This document shows positions 55,759 to 64,000 of a stretch of DNA of 64,000 nt, piece by piece. Position 1 is the first letter of the stretch; the number at the start of each line of letters is the position of its first letter. The translations under genes and the position numbers were made by a program. Source of the stretch: a bacterium (GTDB lineage: Bacteria; Patescibacteriota; Patescibacteriia; Magasanikbacterales; GWA2-37-8); the NCBI GenBank assembly GCA_043810165.1, contig JBDROJ010000019.1, positions 17,524-81,523 on the forward strand, in the 5' to 3' direction. The notes below the pieces were generated by a model. The model had not been told where the DNA came from, ran no database searches, and worked only from the letters and a program-made list of their open reading frames with translations.

Positions 55759-56772
55759 CTATACCTCCATTTCCGACTTATACTTACCAGATCGTGCCAA
55801 ACTAGTTAATTTTGCTCTACGTGTAAAAACTTCTTGTGCTTTTTCTACATTTTCTACTTTACCCAGCCATGTATTTAATGCAGAATGTTGAAGAGCTCTT
55901 CCAAATGAATAACTTAATTCCCAAGGATGTTCTCCCATTACATTCATGGCATTCAAATTAGTACAAGCTTGAGCTTCTGTTTGTCCTCCAGATAAAAATA
56001 CTATACCTGGCACTTCCGCCGGCACTGATTCATTAAAGCATTTAACAGTCATACTGGCCACTGTTTGGGGACTATCAATTCCATCAAAATCTTGTCCAGA
56101 CAATACCATATTAGGTTTTAAAACAATGCCATCTAATTTAACACCTCGACTCACTAATTTTTCAAACACCGCCTTAAGAACATTCTTAGTCACTTCATAA
56201 CAATGCTCTATATCATGAGCCCCATCCATTAAAACTTCCGGTTCAACAATTGGGACCAAACCAATTTGTTGACATAAATAAGCATATTCTGCTAAATCTT
56301 TAGCATTGCGTTGTACGCATATATCACTAGGTAAATCATTTGCAATACTATAAACTGCTCGCCATTTAGCAAAACGAGCACCTAAATTATAATATTCCTT
56401 TAATCTATCGTCCAAACCTTCTAAACCTCTGGTAAATTTTTCTACTTCTGAACCACCAAACAATTCTGTACCCTGGTCAACCTTAATACCAGCTAAAACT
56501 CCTTTTTGATTTAATAAATCCGGAAAAGTTACACCTGCCAAAGTACTCTGTCTTAATGTTTCATCAAACATAATTACCCCGCTAATGTAGTGTTCCATTC
56601 CTGGAGCCGTTAAAATTAATTCGCGATAAGCCCTACGATTCTCCTCGGTTGATTCCGCACCAATGGAATCAAAACGCTTCTTAATAGTTGGGGTACTCTC
56701 ATCAGCCGCCAAAATCCCCTTAGATTTAGCCACCATGCTAGTGGCAATACCCTGCAATGTTTTTTCTGACAT
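55759..56772 (-). CDS. fba: Fructose-bisphosphate aldolase, class I
   Basis: KGILAADESTPTIKKRF is the class I FBA signature, with a Schiff-base Lys region. Confidence 0.85.
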   Translation of the reverse strand: MSEKTLQGIATSMVAKSKGILAADESTPTIKKRFDSIGAESTEENRRAYRELILTAPGMEHYISGVIMFDETLRQSTLAGVTFPDLLNQKGVLAGIKVDQGTELFGGSEVEKFTRGLEGLDDRLKEYYNLGARFAKWRAVYSIANDLPSDICVQRNAKDLAEYAYLCQQIGLVPIVEPEVLMDGAHDIEHCYEVTKNVLKAVFEKLVSRGVKLDGIVLKPNMVLSGQDFDGIDSPQTVASMTVKCFNESVPAEVPGIVFLSGGQTEAQACTNLNAMNVMGEHPWELSYSFGRALQHSALNTWLGKVENVEKAQEVFTRRAKLTSLARSGKYKSEMEV

Positions 56773-56795
56773 AAATATAAAAATTAAAAAATTAA

Positions 56796-58001
56796 CTATT
56801 TTTTATCAACTTTAATCGCCATAATTCTGGCCAGATGTTCCAATTCACCTGCCAATGGTCTGGCATAATTTCTAAAGGCAGTGGTCACATAATTATCGCC
56901 CTGGATAAATACATCTGGCATGGTCTTGGTTTTTCCAGCCACCTCTTCCAATTCAATTAATTTATAGTGTACAGCATAATCACCCACGCGATCAATGGCC
57001 ACCGAGCCATCAACATCATCCCAAACCGAATATTGCACAGCTCGCTCGCCCACTTCACGCGCTTCATGTCTATCCCGCGCGCTAACACAACCCAAAAATG
57101 AACGTTGTAAATAGCCAAAAGTATCAGCTCTCACTCTTTTTATATTTGTTCTGCTTCTAATTAAATCAGCCAATAGGTCGCCTAACACGCCACTGCCTGA
57201 TAATTGAGTATTGCCATGGGCATCTTGTTCTTTGCTTTTCATTAGGTCGGCCATAATATAATTGCCTTCAGCATCATGGATTCCCTCTGACACAGCTATC
57301 ACACAACGACCGTATTTATCATAAACAGATTGTACATCATTAACAAATTTTTCCGGATCAAAAGTTCTCTCCGGCAAGTAAATCAAATGCGGTCCATCAT
57401 CAGGAAACCTCTGAGCCAAAGAAGATGAGGCCGTCAAAAATCCTGCATGCCTGCCCATAATTACTCCAATATATACGCCGGGTAAGGACAGATTATCTAA
57501 ATTTACTCCGGCAAAAGATTGGGCCACAAACTTTGCAGCCGAGCCATAACCAGGGCAGTGATCGGTGCCTACTATATCATTATCAATTGTCTTGGGAATA
57601 TGGATAACGCGCAATTCATAATTGGCAGATTTGGCTTGCTCATTAACTATATGGCAAGTTGAAGCCGAGTCATTGCCACCAATATAATAAAAATAACGGA
57701 TATCATGTTTTTGCATAACCGCAAACATTTGCTCGCAGTATTTTTCATCCGGCTTGTCGCGGGTGGATCCAATTGCCGAACCAGGAGTATTGGCAACTCT
57801 TTCCAAATTATGAGTTGTTGATTGGGTTAAATCAATAAAACTTTCATCCCTAATTCCGCTTACTCCAAATCTGGCGCCGTAAATTCGTTCAATTTCAATA
57901 AATTTTCTAGCCTCTAAAATTACACCTGCCAAGCTTTGGTTTATAACCGCAGTAGGCCCGCCCCCTTGAGCCACCAAAGCTTTTCCTTTTAATTTTGACA
58001 T
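56796..58001 (-). CDS. pfk: 6-phosphofructokinase (PFK family; possibly PPi-dependent)
   Basis: GGGPTAVIN, TIDNDI, and GGNDS in place of the canonical GGDGS. Confidence 0.75.
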   Translation of the reverse strand: MSKLKGKALVAQGGGPTAVINQSLAGVILEARKFIEIERIYGARFGVSGIRDESFIDLTQSTTHNLERVANTPGSAIGSTRDKPDEKYCEQMFAVMQKHDIRYFYYIGGNDSASTCHIVNEQAKSANYELRVIHIPKTIDNDIVGTDHCPGYGSAAKFVAQSFAGVNLDNLSLPGVYIGVIMGRHAGFLTASSSLAQRFPDDGPHLIYLPERTFDPEKFVNDVQSVYDKYGRCVIAVSEGIHDAEGNYIMADLMKSKEQDAHGNTQLSGSGVLGDLLADLIRSRTNIKRVRADTFGYLQRSFLGCVSARDRHEAREVGERAVQYSVWDDVDGSVAIDRVGDYAVHYKLIELEEVAGKTKTMPDVFIQGDNYVTTAFRNYARPLAGELEHLARIMAIKVDKK

Positions 58002-58032
58002 AGATAAGACGATTAATTTAATTAAAAATATT

Positions 58033-58692
58033 TTATCTTATTCCGTTCCATTCGGCAATAAATTCATCAATAAAACTTAACAAAAATTCGCTCCTTCTCT
58101 TGGCTATTTTTTTGCCAGTTTTGGTATTCATCATCTCCGACAATCTCAAAGACTTCTCAAAAAAATAATTCAAGCTGGTGCCTTCATATTTTTTCTTCTG
58201 ATAATCTAATTTATTTAAACCAGTACGCGGTTTAATATCTGGGTCATACATCATGCGTCCGATTTGTCCGCCTGTTGCAAAACCCCTGGCTATACCTATT
58301 GCTCCAACAGTCTCAAGCCAATCCGCATCTTGAATAATTTTGCCTTCAATGGTTGATGGCACTTTGGTTTCACTACCCTTGTATTGCGATTCTGATACTA
58401 TACGCATAATCCGGCGCTGTGTATCTCGATTTATTTCCAAAATATCCATCATGGCATCTAATACCAAATTACCCTTGTATTCATTATAATCATGCTTTTT
58501 GTAATCACCAAGGTCATGCACCAAAGCGGCTAATTCAATCACCGATAGATTTCCACCTTCTTCCCTTTGCAATATCCTGGCCATGCGCAAAACCCTTTGG
58601 GCATGATACCAATCATGACCTGTTGGCTCGCCCCAAAGCTTGGATTTTACATAAGTGGCCACTCTTTTCACCAATATTTCTGATGTAGTCAT
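58033..58692 (-). CDS. HD-domain phosphohydrolase
   Basis: HD motif H...HD (WYHAQRV...VHDLGD). The likely start is MTTSEILVKR; the longer ORF-track N-terminus overlaps the 5S rRNA. Confidence 0.6.
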   Translation of the reverse strand: MTTSEILVKRVATYVKSKLWGEPTGHDWYHAQRVLRMARILQREEGGNLSVIELAALVHDLGDYKKHDYNEYKGNLVLDAMMDILEINRDTQRRIMRIVSESQYKGSETKVPSTIEGKIIQDADWLETVGAIGIARGFATGGQIGRMMYDPDIKPRTGLNKLDYQKKKYEGTSLNYFFEKSLRLSEMMNTKTGKKIAKRRSEFLLSFIDEFIAEWNGIR

Positions 58693-58751
58693 ATATATGT
58701 TATTTTCTGTGTTTAGCTTAGCAGAAATAGTGAAAATTGGCAATAAAAAAA

Positions 58752-58876
58752 GACCATTGTCCTGGCGCCGGCTTACTTTTGCTTTACAGCTATCATCAGC
58801 GTTGGGAAGCTTAACTACCGTGTTCGGGATGGGAACGGGTGTAACCTTCTCACTTGAGGCACCAAGACAATGGTCT
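58752..58876 (-). rRNA. rrf: 5S ribosomal RNA
   Basis: Helix I inverted ends agaccattgtc...gacaatggtct. The minus-strand sense contains CCCGTTCCCATCCCGAACACGGTAGTTAAGC, the 5S loop B/C consensus. Confidence 0.8.
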
Positions 58877-59212
58877 CTTGTTTTTTCCAGGGTATTGTTT
58901 TTAAGCACTGCTTAGTGTTTTTGTCGTATGCTCGGCTTATTAGTACGCCTCGGCTTAACTCTTTACAGAGCTTAGACCTGGCGCCTATCAACCTCGTAGT
59001 CTACAAGGAGCCTATAACGAATATTAATCTTGAGGACGGCTTCACGCTTAGATGCTTTCAGCGTTTATCCGCGCCAAACGTAGCTACCCAGCAATGCCCT
59101 TGGTAGGACAACTGGTACACTAGAGGTTCGTCCACTCCGGTCCTCTCGTACTAGGAGCAGGTCCTCTCAATATTCAACGCCCACAGCGGATAGGAGACCG
59201 AACTGTCTCACG

Positions 59213-59974
59213 CATGTTCTTCCATTATTACTAATGGCACAGACTATACCTTCATCCTCTCCAACAACAATGGAGGAGGAGCTGACGTGTGATAAGTGAT
59301 ATAAGTTATTTTTTGAACACCTATCTCATCCTTCTGTCTGCCAGAAACAGACATCCAGAATCAGTCGTTACGGGGGTATAATTTATGTTGTCTTAAAAAA
59401 TTCTTCAAAACATCAGAGGTATTAGTTCTCTTTTTGGAATAATTTAATTCCTTGAACTTATCAACCAATTCAGCTGCCTTAACAAATTTTTCTATGGAAA
59501 ATTTTCCTTGTAGAATTTTATTTATTTGAAAAGCAACTAAAACATGTTCTTTTTTGAGAATTATATAAGGCTTCAATAATTTCAAAATCTTAATTACCGA
59601 CTTAAAACCAACTATGGTATATTCGGTCATATCATCATTGCGATCTCTGATATAACCTACTCCTGCAAATGTTTCTTTAAGCCATTCTAAATGACTCTTT
59701 ATGACTCTTTTTATCAGTCTTCTGGTAGAAAACTACGCTGGCACGGATCTGAAATCCATACACATAGTCTTTTCTACGGACTAATTGGAACATTATACAG
59801 CCATCTCCATCTAGAAATCCTGCGATATAAGATTTTGTTGTGGACGAAATTATTGACATAAATCAACCTTCCCACGGCATTGCCCTCTAAAAAGTTCGGT
59901 AAATTTAGTAGGGTTTCACCGTTATGAGTCAGATTTATTGTATCATATTTCTACGATAGAACGCAATGTAGTTT
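59213..59974 (-). mobile_element. Intron (probably group I) in 23S rRNA at the E. coli ~2593 (I-CreI-type) site, carrying a LAGLIDADG homing endonuclease ORF
   Basis: The conserved 23S run ...CAGAACGT|CGTGAGACAGTT... is split. Plus 59201-59212 ends ctgtctcacg and the exon resumes at 59975 acgttctgaaccc. R/S-like elements (CCGTAACGACTGA, GGTATAGTCTG) sit in the 3' part. Confidence 0.7.
59361..59859 (-). pseudogene. LAGLIDADG homing endonuclease (single-motif, I-CreI-like) disrupted by a 10-bp tandem duplication
   Basis: IAGFLDGDGC motif in ORF 59677..59859. A second ORF 59361..59630 continues the protein. Removing one copy of the tandem atgactcttt|atgactcttt (59691-59710) fuses them into one ~163-aa frame (...KKSHLEWLKETFAGVGYIRDRNDDMTEYTIVGF...). 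Confidence 0.7.
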
Positions 59975-60007
<33 letters not shown>

Positions 60008-60020
60008 TGGCGAACAGCCA

Positions 60021-60080
<60 letters not shown>

Positions 60081-61374
60081 CGCCGTCTATATGGACTATC
60101 GGGCGAGATCAGCCTGTTATCCCCGGAGTAGCTTTTATCCGTTGATCTTCCACCTTCCTATGTAGGGTGGTCGGTTCACTAACTTCTGGTTTCCCAACTG
60201 CTCGGGTTGTAGCCCTTGCAGTAAAGCTGGCTTTTGCGTTTGCACGTCCAGCTCGGTTTCCATCCGAGCTAAGCCAACCTTTGTAAACGCCTCCGTTACT
60301 TTTTGGGAGGCATCCGCCCCAGACAAACTACCCACCAGACACTGTCTCCCCTTCCTGATTCAAGGAAGGAAATTAGGTACAAAACTAAACAAGGGTGGTA
60401 TCTCACTGGCGATCCGAAGATCTTCCACCTATACTGAACATGTTTAGCCTTATACCAATATCAAGTTGTAGTAAAGCTTCACGGGGTCTTTTCGTCCGGC
60501 TGTGGGTAACCGGCATCTTTACCGGTCTTGCAATTTCACCGAGTCCCTCGTTGAGACAGTCTCCCCATCGTTACGCCATTCGTGCGGGTCGGAACTCACC
60601 CGACAAGGAATTTCGCTACCTTAGGACGATTATAGTTATCGCCGGCGTTCATCAGCGCTTCAGTTTCCTGCTTTGTCATAAAGACTAACAAGTCGCCTTA
60701 ACGTTCTGACACTGGCCAGGCGTCGCCCCCTATACTTCAGCTTACGCTTTTGCAGGGAGCTGTGTTTTTGATAAACAGTCGCAGGGAGTCTTTTGTTGTA
60801 GCCCCGATTTGAGTCGGGGCGGGCCTTATCCCGAAGTTACGGCCGCTGTTTTGCCGAGTTCCTAAACGAGGGTTATCTCGTACGCCTTGGTCTTCTCGAC
60901 CTACCTACCTGTGTTGGTTTACGGTACGGTTACCTATAGCCTAGCGGTTTCTAGCTTTTCTAGGCATTCTCTTACCTCAAATTGACTCTACCCGAAGGCT
61001 TTGTCTCCATCTTGCGATACGTGTATAACCGAAACACGCTTAAAGATTAAAAATGCGCACTAAAAACCAAACTATAAGCAGTGCAGGAATATTAACCTGC
61101 TGATCCATCGGTTACGCCTTTCGGCCTGGCCTTAGGACCGACTAACCCTGGGATGATTCACGTTGCCCAGGAAACCTTGGGTTTTCGGCGGGCAGGATTC
61201 TCACCTGCCTTTTTGTTACTTATGCCTGCATACTCGCTTCCTAACGCTCCACCAGTCCTCGCAGATCCGGCTTCAACGCAGATAGGAATGTTCCTCTACC
61301 ACGCCTCGACTAAGTCGAGACATTCGCAGCTTCGGTACCATGTTTAGCCCCGTTACATTCTCGGCGCTAAAACT

Positions 61375-61441
<67 letters not shown>

Positions 61442-62012
61442 GAGAATTAAAACCACCTTGCGTGCACTTAACATGGATTTTGGGACCTTAGCTAGCGATC
61501 TGGGCTGTTTCCCTTTTGACTATGAAGCTTAGCCCTCACAGTCTGACTCCTAAGTTTTTGACTACCGGCATTCGGAGTTTGATTGAGGCGGGTATCCCGA
61601 AGGACCCCGACCTCATCCAGTGCTCTACCACCGGCAGGAACACTTAAGGCTAGCCCTAAAGCTATTTCGAGGAAAACCAGCTATTACCGAGTTCGATTGG
61701 AATTTCTCCGCTATCCACAGCTCATCCCCGCGTGTTGAACGGCGCGTGGGTTCGGACCTCCCCCCGATTTTCATCGGGGCTCATCCTGGCCATGGATTGC
61801 TCACTCGGTTTCGGGTCGTGTAACAGAAACTATTGACGCTGGTTAAAACTCGCTTTCGCTGTGCCTACGGACCATAGGCCCTTAAGCAAGCTACTGCTAC
61901 ACACTCGCAGGCTCATTCTTCAATAGGAATACTATCATCCCGACTAAGTCGGGACTTTAGCTCTTTGTAAGCATATGGTTTCAGATACTATTTCATCGCC
62001 CTCAACGGGCTA

Positions 62013-62049
<37 letters not shown>

Positions 62050-63097
62050 ATCACCAAAAGTATTTAGCCTTAGACCATAGTCGGCCTAGATTCAGACAGG
62101 ATTTCACGAGTCCCGCCCTACTCAAGGACACTAACCATGATTGCAATTATTCTTTTCGCGTACGGGGCTTTCACCCTCTTTGACGGCTCTTTCCATAGCC
62201 TTCTGCTAAAAATAATGCTCTCACCTGATTTAACAGAAAATCAGCGTTAGGCCTTACAACACCGTATAAAAAACGGTCTGTTCCTTTAAACTACAGTTCA
62301 AAATCAATTCGAAAATCAATCAATCACCATAGAAACTTTTATACGGTTTGGGCTGTTCCCTTTTCGCTCGCCGCTACTTAGGGAATCTCTTCGATTTCTT
62401 TTCCTCTGGGTACTGAGATGTTTCACTTCCCCAGGTCTTCTTTATATACCTATGTATTCAGTATATAATGCCGCGTAAAACGCAGCGGGTTCCCCCATTC
62501 GGACATTCCCGGATCAAAGGTTGCTTGCCACCTCCCCGAGACTTTTCGCAGGCTGCCACGTCCTTCTTCGTCTTTTGGTGTCTAGGCATCCACCATATGC
62601 TCTTAGTAAAATTGCATACGACAAAAACACTAAATTGTGCTTTTGTTTCATCCTGTACCGAGCCTATTGAAGACAAGCTCCGGTCAGGACGATTTATTTT
62701 GCCTGAATCAAACGGACGAAGTCTACGCTTGCTTGCGCTTGACTTATATTTTGATTCAGGACCCTGGTTGAGTTGTCAAAGTACTTTCAAGTCCTATTCA
62801 TGAACTACCATCTTGACAATGCATGTAAAAGACTGGAAAAAAAGAACCGCTAGTAAGCGGCCTTTAAAACAATAACTGTTTTGAGTTTAACCGCTTGGAT
62901 GAATTGAGTAAAAAATTTGTACTTGTTTTAACATTTTGTTTGCAAGTTATTTTACCCAGAGGTCCAAACTGTTTAAGCTCTGATTGGACGTGGTGTCCAG
63001 ATGCATATCGGGACAATTTCACGTGCTCATAATAATACATTAAAACAAAAAACTTGTCAAGCTGACAAGTTTGCACAGGTGTGGATAAATAATGGAG

Positions 63098-63367
63098 CTA
63101 TAATACGGCTAAACAAGCACCATGTTCTTCAATAATTTCTTGCACCAAACCATGATTTTTTAGATAGCCTTTTACTTTTTCCCCCAACCTACCAGTACCT
63201 CCACCATAAACTATCCTAATTACTTTTTCATTATTTTTGTCATGGTGGTCGAATAAAAAAATCTCTAAACGATCAAGAGCGTCACTTGGATACAAACCGT
63301 GTAGATCCAAAATCGGAAGATCATCGCTTAGTTGAGCGGCAAATATTTTGGCGTCATGATTATTCAT
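63098..63367 (-). CDS. Smr-domain protein
   Basis: LDLHGLYPSDALDRL...IVYGGGTGRL resembles the Smr (MutS2 C-terminal) domain LDLHG...HGkGtG pattern. Confidence 0.5.
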   Translation of the reverse strand: MNNHDAKIFAAQLSDDLPILDLHGLYPSDALDRLEIFLFDHHDKNNEKVIRIVYGGGTGRLGEKVKGYLKNHGLVQEIIEEHGACLAVL

Positions 63368-63812
63368 GATATCCTAGTCTTTTTTTAATCTTTTCCAAAA
63401 AACTTCTAATTTTTGTTTTGGCCATCTCGTTCATATTATCTTCCAAATTATAATGACTGCGGGATATCAATTCTTCCACCAAGACTTCTCTTATGCCTCT
63501 TAATATATGCTCGGGAAAATTAAGCAGATCAGCTGGTTCTGGTCCATTTAGTACTAACTCAACTATCCTCTGTTTGACGATATTAGATGCATCTTGACTA
63601 CTACTATATTGCTTTTCATAACCAGGCTCTGCTTCCAAGGTTTTTTCATCTGTAAATTCTGACTCCACATCTTCTGTGGCTCTGCTCAATAAGTTACTTA
63701 ATGAAACCGCGTTTAGTTCTACGGTTTTACTACAATCTCGAGATCTAGGCGATTTTTGATTTTCTGCCTCTCCAAAACCGCTAGAGATTGATGTTTTTTT
63801 ATCAGCCGACAT
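63360..63812 (-). CDS. Hypothetical protein
   Basis: 150-aa ORF overlapping the Smr gene start by 8 nt. No recognisable motif. Confidence 0.35.
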   Translation of the reverse strand: MSADKKTSISSGFGEAENQKSPRSRDCSKTVELNAVSLSNLLSRATEDVESEFTDEKTLEAEPGYEKQYSSSQDASNIVKQRIVELVLNGPEPADLLNFPEHILRGIREVLVEELISRSHYNLEDNMNEMAKTKIRSFLEKIKKRLGYHE

Positions 63813-63831
63813 ATTGTTTTAGAATTAATTG

Positions 63832-63913
63832 TGCTGGGGAGAGGACTCGAACCTCCACGCCCGAAGGCAATAGCTCCTAAGGCTACCGCGGCTACCAATT
63901 ACGCCACCCCAGC
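63832..63913 (-). tRNA. tRNA-Leu, anticodon TAG (type II)
   Basis: GCTGGGG/CCCCAGC acceptor, D-arm GCGTAATTGGTAGCCGC, anticodon loop CTTAGGA, long variable arm, T-arm GGAGGTTCGAGTCCTCT. Confidence 0.6.
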
Positions 63914-64000
63914 ATTAACTTTATCAGTTATATCATAAATCAAATAAAAAATCAATAAAAAGACAGGCTTGTAAACCTGTCTTTTTAAATAAATGTTGGT

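Noticed and set aside
58419-59106. ORFs 58419..58688, 58655..58915, 58870..59106 over the 5S / 23S 3' end
   Set aside because: They overlap the 5S rRNA and 23S 3' terminus or are antisense to the HD gene.
62864-63076. 70-aa ORF between 23S leader and Smr gene
   Set aside because: No motif, poor start context, low-complexity product. It sits in the probable rRNA promoter/leader region.

Overview
This ~64 kb window comes from a low-GC (~33%), gene-dense, small-genome bacterium. Gene content and organisation suggest a Patescibacteria/CPR-like lineage, but that is inference. The evidence is a 23S rRNA gene interrupted by a homing-endonuclease intron, a 23S-5S pair with no adjacent 16S, class I aldolase/PFK fermentative genes, and a reduced repertoire. 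Most of the window is housekeeping: clpC/B, radA, recG, an LCP protein, der, pth, dprA, a folC-like Mur ligase, topA, a TrmB regulator, rel, parB/parA, asnS, recO, mntH, FemAB, rpmF-nusB-rnc, glmS, a 2-oxoacid:ferredoxin oxidoreductase (gamma/beta/alpha), a GlmU-N-like uridylyltransferase, a second TrmB, class I fba, pfk, an HD hydrolase, six tRNAs, 5S and 23S rRNA.

Features that stand out:
1. A family of nested palindromic intergenic repeats built on the 'TGTCATTGCGAGCG ... GAAGCAATCTCG' motif, with six copies. One copy sits in-frame inside a succinyl-CoA-synthetase-alpha-like gene.
2. A ~1.1 kb GC-rich (~53%) island after topA carrying two tightly coupled genes of foreign composition.
3. 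A tandem pair of paralogous, signal-peptide-bearing, cysteine-rich proteins. They share a near-identical double-transmembrane (VirB2-like) hairpin and carry different C-terminal cell-wall hydrolase domains (papain/CHAP-like and lytic transglycosylase). A DsbA-like oxidoreductase and a TolB-like propeller protein lie just upstream.
4. A tiny gene with SD and terminator encoding a 48-aa (AKKKV)n basic peptide.
5. A split citryl-CoA synthetase/lyase (ACL-like) three-gene cluster.
6. A kinase-like gene in an operon with a secreted Cys-rich coiled-coil protein.
7. The 23S intron's LAGLIDADG ORF is broken by a 10-bp tandem duplication.

All coordinates and domain calls come from reading the sequence and the ORF translations. 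No database searches were run.
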